A stretch of DNA of 64,000 bases from Bdellovibrionia bacterium (GTDB lineage: Bacteria > Bdellovibrionota > Bdellovibrionia > Bdellovibrionales > JAGQZY01). Positions within the stretch are counted from its first letter, which is position 1, and each line of letters starts with the position of its first letter. Under the pieces are notes generated by a model that searched no databases, was not told the origin of the DNA, and saw only the letters and a program-made list of their open reading frames with translations. Positions 45,900-55,238 of this stretch are shown here, one piece after another. The DNA lies in NCBI GenBank assembly GCA_030424665.1, contig JAUHWN010000002.1, positions 7,731 through 71,730 on the forward strand. Direction: 5' to 3'. Made by a program: the position numbers and the translations under genes.

Positions 45900-46991
45900 A
45901 TGGAAGGACCACGACCACCAATAGATAAAGAGCTCGGTGAGCTATTTCAATTTCTCAATGACGAACTTCGACCCCAAAATGAATGGTCGATTGTATCTGA
46001 GTATCCCACCGTTTTTGACAACCGAAATTCGGGAAACATTAGAATCATAACAGAGGGAGATAAAGTTCTCTCCCACGCTGTGATGAAACCAATGATAATT
46101 AAGTCACCAGCGGGACTGTTTAAGGCAGCAGGGATCGGCTCAGTCGTCACATCAAGTCAACATCGGGGCAAAGGGCTGAGTACAAAGAACCTCAACTCTT
46201 GCTTAGAAGCGGCTGAAAACCACGGATGCGACTTCGCCATCCTTTGGACCGACCTTTTTGATTTCTATCGAAAACTTGGATTTGAGTTGGTCGGTTCGGA
46301 AATTTCATTTGAGCTTACAAAACCAATTGCAGATCTTCCACCGGGTACGACAGTCAAAGAAACTAATAAGATTTCTGCCGATGCCCTTTTACGGGTCTAC
46401 AGCCAGCACACTGTACAAACTCTACGAACCCGAGAAGATATTCAAAAGGGATTAGAAATTCCTAATTCAAGAGTTTACACTCTTTGGAGCGGCAACAACG
46501 AACTTCTCGCCTACGCCGTAGAAGGCAAAGGGGCTGATCTCAACGGCTATATCCACGAATGGGGCGGCAAGGTTTCTCACCTCCTGCCACTTTTCTCTGA
46601 AATCCAGAGAAAACAAGGCCGAAATATTCAACTCATTGTTCCGATTCATTCCAGCAATTTAATTGCCGAACTGGAAAAACATGGACTTTTCAGGGTCGAC
46701 GGCTACTTAGGAATGATCAAAATTCTAAATCCAAAATTTTTAGCGAGCAAAATTAAGCGCTATGCAAGGGCCCTCGGCTATCATGACCTCGTTTTTGAGT
46801 TCGAAAGTGGCAAATTTTACTTTGGCACCGAAGCCGAGATCTTCGCCACAGATTCTTCGGCCGATATTTGCCGACTTATTTTTGGTCCTCAAAAAGCTAA
46901 AGAAATTCATTCTTTCGACAAAGAAACCGAAGAGGTGTTTGAAAAACTATTTCCTCTACCAATGTGGATCTGGGGGTGGGACTCAATATGA
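45900..46991 (+). CDS. GNAT-family N-acetyltransferase with a C-terminal extra domain (Eis-like architecture)
   Basis: Acetyl-CoA motif A SSQHRGKGLSTKNL, followed by AILWTDLFDFYRKLGFE. About 200 further residues follow. Confidence 0.7.
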   Translation: MEGPRPPIDKELGELFQFLNDELRPQNEWSIVSEYPTVFDNRNSGNIRIITEGDKVLSHAVMKPMIIKSPAGLFKAAGIGSVVTSSQHRGKGLSTKNLNSCLEAAENHGCDFAILWTDLFDFYRKLGFELVGSEISFELTKPIADLPPGTTVKETNKISADALLRVYSQHTVQTLRTREDIQKGLEIPNSRVYTLWSGNNELLAYAVEGKGADLNGYIHEWGGKVSHLLPLFSEIQRKQGRNIQLIVPIHSSNLIAELEKHGLFRVDGYLGMIKILNPKFLASKIKRYARALGYHDLVFEFESGKFYFGTEAEIFATDSSADICRLIFGPQKAKEIHSFDKETEEVFEKLFPLPMWIWGWDSI

Positions 46992-47854
46992 AGTTGAGAT
47001 CAATTTCCTCGGTAATTTCGCTAATATCTATTTTTCTCATTCTTTCGTGTGCCCCTCAGAGCGAAGAACTCGAAGAGTTTGGCCCGCAGGCTAGTTCTGA
47101 TGAAGTTAATGATGAACTCACAAAGGGTCTCTCGGGGGCCAATGCTTTGAGTATGGAAGTAGGAGACTTCATTCATCGCCTCGAAACTTCTGAATATACA
47201 ACAGCTGATGGTCAACAAGAGCTGATCTCCGCCGAACTTGGCTACAATGTTCTCGACATGCAAACTATCGACAACATAAGACGATATACCCTTGTTCGTG
47301 AAATCATTGACTACACCGGTGATGAAGTTCAAAAAAACACATTTGAAAGCGAAATTGAATTCGATCTCAGCGAATTTGTCGAAAGTTCTTACTTAAAACT
47401 CATTTCAACAGATGTTCACTCTAGGGCAGAGAATTTACTTTTTGACCACACCAGAAAAGCTAAAATCCTGTTCATTGAATCTTCTAATGGACGAAACCCT
47501 CTTAATACAATGAGTGAAAGCGAAATTCAGGTCACCTATCACAACCTTGAATCAAAAGAAATCGAGATCGATGTCCCGGCAAGAGTCTTGGAGAGAGATC
47601 AGTGTGGTGGCGTTCCCTCTTGCAAGCTCAATGTACTCTATATCACGTACGACGAAATTCTGAGAAACGACGAATCCGCTGAACGATACCGAAATGAATA
47701 TTACTTTTCAAACGACATTCCATTTTCTCCATTTAATGGAGAACTCAACTTACTCAAACAATGCCTTACCGGTATCGGAAAAATAGGGACGAGCCGACTC
47801 TTGGTTAAACAGTGTACCTCCGTCGTCGATTTCCGTCATGGAGTCCCCGAATAG
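46988..47854 (+). CDS. hypothetical lipoprotein
   Basis: The ATG at 46988 overlaps the GNAT stop (ATGA). Signal and lipobox: MKLRSISSVISLISIFLILSCAP. No recognisable domain. Confidence 0.55.
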   Translation: MKLRSISSVISLISIFLILSCAPQSEELEEFGPQASSDEVNDELTKGLSGANALSMEVGDFIHRLETSEYTTADGQQELISAELGYNVLDMQTIDNIRRYTLVREIIDYTGDEVQKNTFESEIEFDLSEFVESSYLKLISTDVHSRAENLLFDHTRKAKILFIESSNGRNPLNTMSESEIQVTYHNLESKEIEIDVPARVLERDQCGGVPSCKLNVLYITYDEILRNDESAERYRNEYYFSNDIPFSPFNGELNLLKQCLTGIGKIGTSRLLVKQCTSVVDFRHGVPE

Positions 47855-47973
47855 GGACTCTTCTCCCATTACTCAAAAAAATGAGTTAAGTCTCTGTAAA
47901 ATGCTTTGCAACGAAGAGTGACTCCCCTGCGGTTTGGGCTTATTCTTGAGATACAAAGTTGGAGGCTCGAGCT

Positions 47974-48627
47974 ATGAAAAATATTGCAGTTGTTCTTTCT
48001 GGTTGTGGCTTTAAAGATGGGACAGAAATTACTGAATCCATTTCAAGTCTGATCGCCATTACTGAGTTTGGAGGGCAATACCAGTGCTTTGCTCCTCTTG
48101 TCGAATTTGAAACTACAGCCCACTCAGATTCTCCAGGTAAACTCTCTCCTCGAAATACATACGAAGAATCTGCTAGAATTTGTCGCGGCAACATAAAAAA
48201 CCTCAAAGAACTCAACGAATCCGAATTTGATGCCCTAGTTATTCCCGGTGGATTTGGCGCAGCCCTTCACCTTTCCTCTTGGGCTAAAGAAGGATCTCAA
48301 TCTAAGGTCGAGCCCCATCTAGAAAAGCTCATCAAAGATTTTCATCAAGCATCGAAACCTATTGGGGCCATGTGTATCGCTCCTACACTTTTGGCAAAAG
48401 TTTTGGGAAGTGAGACGGCCACGGTAACGATCGGTGATGATAAAGAAACCGCCCAAGAAATTGAAAAAACCGGAGCCCACCACGAGAATTGTGAAGTAAC
48501 CGACTATATCACCGACCGCGAAAATAAACTTCTAACAACCCCTGCTTATATGTACGACGATGCCCAGCCATTTGAAGTATTCACTGGTATACGAAAGATG
48601 ATAAAAGAAGTCATAGAGATGGCTTAG
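47974..48627 (+). CDS. elbB: ElbB-like DJ-1/PfpI-family glyoxalase
   Basis: The N-terminus MKNIAVVLSGCGFKDGTEITES matches the ElbB pattern (ILSGCGVxDGSEIHE). The conserved Cys context is GAMCIAP. Confidence 0.8.
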   Translation: MKNIAVVLSGCGFKDGTEITESISSLIAITEFGGQYQCFAPLVEFETTAHSDSPGKLSPRNTYEESARICRGNIKNLKELNESEFDALVIPGGFGAALHLSSWAKEGSQSKVEPHLEKLIKDFHQASKPIGAMCIAPTLLAKVLGSETATVTIGDDKETAQEIEKTGAHHENCEVTDYITDRENKLLTTPAYMYDDAQPFEVFTGIRKMIKEVIEMA

Positions 48628-48636
48628 GAGAATTGA

Positions 48637-49725
48637 GTGAAAAAAACAGTCGCTATTTTATTTGGCGGTCAAAGCGCTGAACACAATGTTTCATTGGTAT
48701 CTGCCAAGTGTCTCTTAGAGGCTCTTAACACTGAGCTATTTACTCCAATTCTTGTTGGAATCTCAAGAGAGGGTGACTGGTACCAAGTCAATGAGGAGTT
48801 GCTAAAACAAACGCAATTCAATAAGCCAATCGACTTTCGCAAAAATGGTGAAGAAGTATTTCTAAATCCAGGACAAAAAGGCGCACGTTTGATGGAAGTC
48901 TACGGGCAGAAGAATCCAGTAAATATAGACTTTGCTTTCCCCATTGTTCACGGGCCTCTGGGTGAAGACGGAACTCTTCAAGCTCTTTTTCGATTATTAA
49001 AAATTCCCTTTGCCGGTTGTGATGTCACTTCGTCTTCGATTTGCATGGATAAAGATCTCGCCAAAAGAATTCTTCAGAATCACGAAATCAACGTCAGTCC
49101 TTTTATCAGTCTTAGACGTTATCAAAAAGTTCAATATGATATTGTCTCTAAAAAGCTTGGAAAGACCTTGTATATAAAGCCCTGCAATATGGGATCCTCA
49201 GTGGGAGTCAGCCGTGCTAGCACTAAAGAAGAGTTTGAATCAGCCATAGAAATCGCATTTAAATACGATGATAAAATACTCATTGAATCTGCCGTCGAGG
49301 GCGTGGAAGTGGAAGTCGCCGTCACAGGAAATTCCTATCCTAAGGCTTCTATACCAGGAAGCTTTAAGACTTCAGATAACTTTTATAGCTATGGAGCAAA
49401 GTATTTGGATAAAGGGGAAACTCGCTTTCAAATCCCTGCCACAAACGACGATAGTCTTAACAAAAATATTCAAGACTTTGCCCTAGAGGCCTACAAAGCA
49501 CTTGGTTGCGAGGGATTTGCACGGGTCGATTTATTCGTCACCTCCACCGGTGAACTCCTTCTTAATGAAATTAATACTCTCCCTGGACTGACTCCGATCT
49601 CTATGTTTCCAAAACTATGGCAAGAGTCAGGCATTAGCTTTACTGATTTGATCACGGATATTATTAATCTTGGTGTCGAACGATTTGAAGCCTTCTCTAA
49701 AAGAAGTACCATATCTCCCGATTAA
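48637..49725 (+). CDS. ddl: D-alanine--D-alanine ligase
   Basis: GTG start preceded by AGGAG. Motifs VAILFGGQSAEHNVSL, HGPLGEDGTLQ, IKPCNMGSSVGVS, and NEINTLPGLT. Confidence 0.92.
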   Translation: MKKTVAILFGGQSAEHNVSLVSAKCLLEALNTELFTPILVGISREGDWYQVNEELLKQTQFNKPIDFRKNGEEVFLNPGQKGARLMEVYGQKNPVNIDFAFPIVHGPLGEDGTLQALFRLLKIPFAGCDVTSSSICMDKDLAKRILQNHEINVSPFISLRRYQKVQYDIVSKKLGKTLYIKPCNMGSSVGVSRASTKEEFESAIEIAFKYDDKILIESAVEGVEVEVAVTGNSYPKASIPGSFKTSDNFYSYGAKYLDKGETRFQIPATNDDSLNKNIQDFALEAYKALGCEGFARVDLFVTSTGELLLNEINTLPGLTPISMFPKLWQESGISFTDLITDIINLGVERFEAFSKRSTISPD

Positions 49726-49732
49726 GAGGAAC

Positions 49733-50857
49733 TTACTTTTTATTGTCATTGTACATAGCTGGCTTGTATCTCCATTTAATTCCCATGACGCCAAAAACAT
49801 AGGTCAGCATAATATGATTTCCCAAAGAATTGAGATGGCAGCAAGAATCTCGATAGGTAGTCTCTTTCGTATTTTTAAAGATACTCGTTAGATCTAAAAA
49901 ATATTGACTCCCTCTAAAGACAGTTCTGTAGGTTTCTCTAGCATGCACAATCTTTTTTTCAGTTGAGACTCTATATTTATTATTCTTAACCCATCCCTCT
50001 TCCTCTTCACTCAGTGGCTTAGAGTTCGAAATATAGTGACTCGGTTGAAAGAAGACGAAGTGCTTTTTATTGGCGATTTGCGAAAATCCCTTAGATCGAC
50101 TAAGAAATTTTTTTAAACGCCCATAGCTGAATCTCTCTTGCATAATACTTTCGTATTCTGATTTTGAACAATTCTGTCGAGTTGACTCAACATGATTTGA
50201 ACTCAATCTAAAATAATTATCGATAAGGCTCGGAGTCATTCGATGTACTATGAGTTTTGCAGTGTTGATATGTGATGACAACCTCACCAAAGCACCTATG
50301 CTATACTTTAAAGCGAATGTTAATAATTTATATATGCTAGAGTCCATGTTCCCAAAATTATGAGAGGCGAAGCTCCAATCACTGGGGAGGCAAGAGTAGT
50401 GAAAATCCAATGCCTCATTGTATCCCTCAATTGAAATAAACATGTCAGCTTTTTCCGTATATAATACAGTTTGAATCAACTGCTGAGGCTGCCTATATCC
50501 GGCAACAGCTAATTTAACAAATTCTACAGGTCTCCCTTGGTATGTGGCTTTTCCGGACTCATCGAGAAAGAGTGCGAATTCTTCAGCAACAGATCCGCCG
50601 ACAATGCCAATTCGAATTGCCCTACTATCTACTTTTTTAACCGACTTCTTTCGTTCGTAAGTTAGATAGGGATGATAAATTTTATCACTCCAGAAGTTAT
50701 ATGTATCATTGATACTTTTAAGCTGCTTTGGAAATTCCTTTTCCAAATTTTCGTTAAAAACATAATTAACTAAAATACTGCTAAAAGACTCCATCAAGAT
50801 GATCAAAAAAAACGAAAGAATAAAACTACGACTAAGAAATTTAAAACCCATTTTCAT
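49733..50857 (-). CDS. membrane-anchored protein with a possible SGNH/GDSL-like fold
   Basis: N-terminal TM FILSFFLIILMESF. A possible block I IGIVGGSVAEEF and block V DSCCHLNSLGNHIM (DxxH). This is a weak, motif-level call only. Confidence 0.4.
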   Translation of the reverse strand: MKMGFKFLSRSFILSFFLIILMESFSSILVNYVFNENLEKEFPKQLKSINDTYNFWSDKIYHPYLTYERKKSVKKVDSRAIRIGIVGGSVAEEFALFLDESGKATYQGRPVEFVKLAVAGYRQPQQLIQTVLYTEKADMFISIEGYNEALDFHYSCLPSDWSFASHNFGNMDSSIYKLLTFALKYSIGALVRLSSHINTAKLIVHRMTPSLIDNYFRLSSNHVESTRQNCSKSEYESIMQERFSYGRLKKFLSRSKGFSQIANKKHFVFFQPSHYISNSKPLSEEEEGWVKNNKYRVSTEKKIVHARETYRTVFRGSQYFLDLTSIFKNTKETTYRDSCCHLNSLGNHIMLTYVFGVMGIKWRYKPAMYNDNKK

Positions 50858-51231
50858 TCACCCATTCCCACTAGCAATCGATTTACCAATTCGATTCGCT
50901 TAATTAATTTGCTAACCATCGTGTGAATAGTGCTGATTCTATGACCTGTTTTTAAACAAAGAGGTGCCTTTCTCGAAACCCACGGATTTCACAGTGATTC
51001 AATGGGGTCAACGTTTTTGGGACCTGCCATTTTTCTCTATTGTTAAAATGCTGTTGTATTAATAATTACCTAATTATCTAGACTTCTTGAGTCAGATATA
51101 CCCTATTCACAATATCAAATTATCAGAATGACTCGACAGTAATAGCCACGTTCCAAAGTGAGACCTAATTCATATATACTTGAAGGTAATCGAAAGGATA
51201 AAATTTAGAGTTTTCTTCCAGATATATAAAT

Positions 51232-51915
51232 CTAAACGGCGTTCATTAGGTATTTATAAACTTCGTCGGACCGAACAAACTCGACACCAATAGCGTCATT
51301 GTTTTGTTGGTCTTTAGATTTCCAAATGATTCGAGCGGGCATCGTATATTCACGATCCACTTCACTCAGGTTAATTTGTAACCTTAAAAGCTCACCGACA
51401 TTGAGTCCATGGAAGGAACCAACTACATAAGCTCCACCCTTTGAAAGATTAAGAACCGTTCCCTCTTTTACACCATCTTGTGTATACCGCTCAATTCGCG
51501 TTTTTTGATTCGTTCGGTATCTTCTGAAGATTCTTTGCTTAACCTGATGGGCCACAATATATTTTCTAACGATTCCAACAAGATCTTTAGTGTCATAGGG
51601 CTTTTCAAGAAAAGTGAGGTTGTCCATTGTTTTAAATTCTTTAATGATCGCCGCACTCTCGGGTCGCGCCGTCAAAACAATCGGCCCCGAATAACCCATA
51701 CCACGAACCTGGGTAATAATACTTCTTTGGCTGGAATTAAAGTAATGGAGGTTAATGATTAAAACAGCAAGATCACTAGATAGGGAGTGAGATAAATTAC
51801 TGGGGCGACATGTTTGGTAGTGCATACCGTGAAACTCTGACGCTAGGCTAGTTAACTTACCCTTTAAGAGTGAGTTCTCCTCCTCAGTAATACTCGATAT
51901 CAGTATCTTCTGCAT
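51232..51915 (-). CDS. PilZ-domain protein with a degenerate N-terminal receiver-like domain
   Basis: C-terminal PilZ motifs QRIFRRYR (RxxxR) and NLSKGG (D/NxSxxG). The N-terminal ~120 aa follow a CheY-like pattern: the T (VLTARP) and K (LEKPYD) are retained, but the acidic pocket is replaced (ILISS and LIINL). Confidence 0.7.
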   Translation of the reverse strand: MQKILISSITEEENSLLKGKLTSLASEFHGMHYQTCRPSNLSHSLSSDLAVLIINLHYFNSSQRSIITQVRGMGYSGPIVLTARPESAAIIKEFKTMDNLTFLEKPYDTKDLVGIVRKYIVAHQVKQRIFRRYRTNQKTRIERYTQDGVKEGTVLNLSKGGAYVVGSFHGLNVGELLRLQINLSEVDREYTMPARIIWKSKDQQNNDAIGVEFVRSDEVYKYLMNAV

Positions 51916-52111
51916 AAATACCCCCAGATGGTGACCCTTTACTACCTATTTTGTTATCGGAGTTCTTTGAGGAGTTTTTATAAGTACCTAATATTTTTTA
52001 TCTTTTTTTGTTTTTATTGATTTTTAGTTCGACAGTTTCGGGTAAAACTCGATATCGAAATATTATGTTAATCAGGAGTTTGACAGTTTCTACAAACTTC
52101 TCGATGTCTCA

Positions 52112-52145
52112 GAAAAAAACAAAGGCAGAGTCTAGCTCTGCCTTT
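52112..52145 (-). terminator. rho-independent terminator (minus strand) of the citrate synthase gene
   Basis: A 10-bp stem AAAGGCAGAG/CTCTGCCTTT with a 5-nt loop. On the minus strand GTTTTTTTCT follows. It lies 32 nt downstream of the stop at 52177. Confidence 0.85.
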
Positions 52146-52176
52146 ATGGAATTACTGATAAAATTTCGCTGGAATA

Positions 52177-53328
52177 CTAGCGACTTTCAATCGGACTATA
52201 CTTGAGGCCTTCGTTTCCATTCCACTTACCACGTGGACGGTAAATTCGATTGTTTTGCCACTGCTCAAGAATATGGGCCAGCCAGCCAGACACTCTAGCG
52301 GCTGCAAAAATTGGAGTAAATAAATCGATTGGAATTCCAAGGCTGTAATAGGTCGTTGCCGAATAGAAGTCTACGTTTGGTAGTAGTCCCTTTTCGCTTT
52401 GAACTGTATCATCGATCACCTTAGACATATCATACCACTCAGGGTGCCCCGCTTTTTTCGTAAGGCTTTCGCTCATGCTTCTGAGAATTTTTGCACGAGG
52501 ATCACCATTTTTATAAACGCGATGACCAAAACCCATAATCTTTTCTTTATTAGCCAGAGCTTCTTTAACCCACTCAGTCGCTTTTTCAACAGTACCGATA
52601 TTAGTGAGCATTCTCATCACCTGCTCGTTAGCGCCACCGTGAAGGGGGCCTTTTAGAGCTGCGATTCCACTAACGACTGCCGAATAAACATCACTTAAAG
52701 AGGATGCAACAACACGAGCCGAAAAGGCTGAACAGTTGAGTTCGTGGTCGGCGTGAAGAATTAAACAAGTATCAAAAACTTTAACCGCTTCAGGATCAGG
52801 CTCCTGGCCGGTTAAAGTATAAAGAAAATTCCAAGCAATACTCTTTTCTGGGTTAACTGCTTTAGGGTCTTTTCCATTGCGAATACATTCGAGAGCAGAA
52901 ACAAGAAGTGGCATTTTGGCAGTGAGGCGGATCGCTTTACGCATATTCGCTTCATCTGAACTATCCTGGCTTTCTTTGTCGAAATGGCTCAACAAAGAAG
53001 TCGCAGTTTCCATCCAAGTCATTGGGTGAACACCTTGATAGGGAAGAGATTTAAGCAAAGACATAAATTCAGCTGGTAGAACACATTCTTGTCTGAGATC
53101 TTTTACGAATTGAGTAAACTCATCTTTTTTTGGAAATCTGTTATTCCACAGTAGAAATACAACTTCTTCATATGTTGAATTCGCTGCTAAATCTTCAATG
53201 GTGTAACCTCTATAACAAAGAGTTGCATCCACTATCGAAGAGATCCCTGTCGTACAGGCTACAACACCTTCAAGTCCTCTATCCAATGCGCCTTCATAGA
53301 CTTCGGCCATTTCTACATCCTTTCTCAC
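52177..53328 (-). CDS. gltA: citrate synthase (short ~380-aa type)
   Basis: Motifs LHADHELN, GPLHGGANE, GFGHRVYKNGDPRA, and NVDFYS. The start may be the ATG at 53310. Confidence 0.92.
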   Translation of the reverse strand: MRKDVEMAEVYEGALDRGLEGVVACTTGISSIVDATLCYRGYTIEDLAANSTYEEVVFLLWNNRFPKKDEFTQFVKDLRQECVLPAEFMSLLKSLPYQGVHPMTWMETATSLLSHFDKESQDSSDEANMRKAIRLTAKMPLLVSALECIRNGKDPKAVNPEKSIAWNFLYTLTGQEPDPEAVKVFDTCLILHADHELNCSAFSARVVASSLSDVYSAVVSGIAALKGPLHGGANEQVMRMLTNIGTVEKATEWVKEALANKEKIMGFGHRVYKNGDPRAKILRSMSESLTKKAGHPEWYDMSKVIDDTVQSEKGLLPNVDFYSATTYYSLGIPIDLFTPIFAAARVSGWLAHILEQWQNNRIYRPRGKWNGNEGLKYSPIESR

Positions 53329-53398
53329 TGCTTATTTCGTTTGCGATTTCTATCAGATACTAATGATCTTGTGATGTGATAACGCTTTGCTTAACCAA

Positions 53399-54307
53399 CT
53401 AATTTCTACTAGTGGCCAATTTTATCACTCTATCCTTCACTTCCATAACCACGAGGGTTTGATCCCTCTTAATCTGGTCTTTTTGACCTGTGAACTGGGA
53501 AAGCTGAAAGAAAACCTCATTGCGGATGTCGTGGACGTCCGCCTTAGGTTTAGAAAGCAATATTTGAAAGAGTCGCTCAATACCGAACGCCTCACCCGCT
53601 TGATTTTGTGCTTCAATAACACCAATCGAAGCAAACAAAAGTCGATCCCTTGGATTCAAGGTCACCTTTTTAGTTTCTGTTTCCAATTTGGAGTCCTTGG
53701 TCAGTACAGGGGTTGGTTTCAGTATTTGGCTCACTTGATTACTCGTAATGTCATGGTGAACAAGAGCTAGACCCCCAGCCTGACACACCTCGATATGAAA
53801 ATGTCTTCGATCGACAACGCCATAGAATAGGTGTGCTGAGTCATTGGGATTCATTTGCGGCCTTAAATCGTCTACCAAAGCTCGAATCAATTCATCGGGC
53901 TCTTGCCCCCGTCGCGCAGCAAGTTGTCCGGTCATCTTTAAAAGAACTGATAGAAACAAGGCACTCATACTGTAGCCAGAGGCACTGGCCATCACTATGC
54001 CAAATCGAAATTTTTCATCGTGTTCGAAAATATCGTAATAATCTCCACCAGATATGGCACTCGGTAAAAACTTCGTTGAGAATTCAAAACCGGGGATATT
54101 GGGGATTTCTTTGGGCACCATGTACTTCTGAATTTGCGCCGCCTTCTCCACCTCTTTTTCAACCTGACGCAAAAACTTTTCAATTTTTACATTGGCATCG
54201 GAAAGCTCTTTTCGAAACAGCTCGATATCACGATTTCGATCGGCGAGTTCCGCCTCTAAATCCCGTATCTTTTGCTTTAAAATTTCGGTGTCATTGTGCT
54301 CGGCCAC
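53399..54307 (-). CDS. SpoIIE/PP2C-family phosphatase domain protein with an N-terminal coiled coil
   Basis: The N-terminal ~60 aa are heptad-like (KIRDLEAELADRNRDIELFRKEL). The SpoIIE hallmark GGDYYDIF is present. The expected TDG motif reads ASIG. Confidence 0.7.
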   Translation of the reverse strand: MAEHNDTEILKQKIRDLEAELADRNRDIELFRKELSDANVKIEKFLRQVEKEVEKAAQIQKYMVPKEIPNIPGFEFSTKFLPSAISGGDYYDIFEHDEKFRFGIVMASASGYSMSALFLSVLLKMTGQLAARRGQEPDELIRALVDDLRPQMNPNDSAHLFYGVVDRRHFHIEVCQAGGLALVHHDITSNQVSQILKPTPVLTKDSKLETETKKVTLNPRDRLLFASIGVIEAQNQAGEAFGIERLFQILLSKPKADVHDIRNEVFFQLSQFTGQKDQIKRDQTLVVMEVKDRVIKLATSRN

Positions 54308-54401
54308 AATCTATTCTGCGGAAATCTGTTATTTCCTGTCAACGCTTACTGAAAACTATCTTTTTTTGTCTTGAAACAGGCCCTGGAGCTGATAATGCTG
54401 A

Positions 54402-55238
54402 ATGACTATGAACGGCTTAAGTCCAGAAATTAACCAAGAAAATCAAAGATTTGAGATTTCTATCTTTGCGCAAAGCCTTTGTGAAATCGCAGCTCACCTC
54501 AATAGTGATTGCGACCTCTCGCAATTAAAGCGCAGAGTTCAGTTTTTGATTTTTGATATCCGTTCACAAATTTCTTTGGACGAATCTTTGAGTGAAAAAG
54601 TTCACAAGCTCTCTCGACTCTTTTTCTTAGACAAGAATTACAAGATAACGAACGAGCCACTCAATGAAAACTTTAGTGTTTCGACACATTTATTGGATAA
54701 CTGTCTAACTAAAAAGACCGGAACTCTCGATATTACTTGTGGCCTTTATTTTATTCTCTGTGAGGCATTAAATATTAAAGCAGAATTTCTTAATCTCTAC
54801 CCTCCCTGCTACCTCAAGTTTTATGAGGACGGCCACACTTTCTATGTGGATCTCAGTCAAATGGGTCGAGAGCTCGAAACTGAAGATATGCTGCAAATTA
54901 TAAATAAGTACTACAGTGAATTAGACATCAACGACTCCCACCTTATGGCAGGGATGTCGTCTGCAGAATTTTTGGATCACTACATAGCGCAAATACAATC
55001 GCGATTAAAAGCGAATTCGCGATTTGATTCTTGGCGAAGCCTGCAGAACATTCGAATGACCTTAAAACCTGAGTCCCTAGGACTCATTGCTGAGCGGGCC
55101 CTGGTTCACTACGAAATGGGACTCCACAAAGAAGCCCTTTTAGATCTCAAACGCTATTTTTCTTTTGTGGATTATCAACAAGCCCCTTCACGACTTGCCC
55201 TACTTTACGAACACCTTAACTCTAAAGAACTTCAGTAA
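54402..55238 (+). CDS. SirB1-like protein (transglutaminase-like N-domain plus TPR-like C-terminus)
   Basis: The pattern CLTKKTGTLDITCGLYFILCEALNIKAEFLNLYPPCYLKF...HTFYVDL resembles the SirB1/UPF0162 N-domain. The C-terminal ALVHYEMGLHKEALLDLKRYF is TPR-like. Family-resemblance call only. Confidence 0.45.
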   Translation: MTMNGLSPEINQENQRFEISIFAQSLCEIAAHLNSDCDLSQLKRRVQFLIFDIRSQISLDESLSEKVHKLSRLFFLDKNYKITNEPLNENFSVSTHLLDNCLTKKTGTLDITCGLYFILCEALNIKAEFLNLYPPCYLKFYEDGHTFYVDLSQMGRELETEDMLQIINKYYSELDINDSHLMAGMSSAEFLDHYIAQIQSRLKANSRFDSWRSLQNIRMTLKPESLGLIAERALVHYEMGLHKEALLDLKRYFSFVDYQQAPSRLALLYEHLNSKELQ

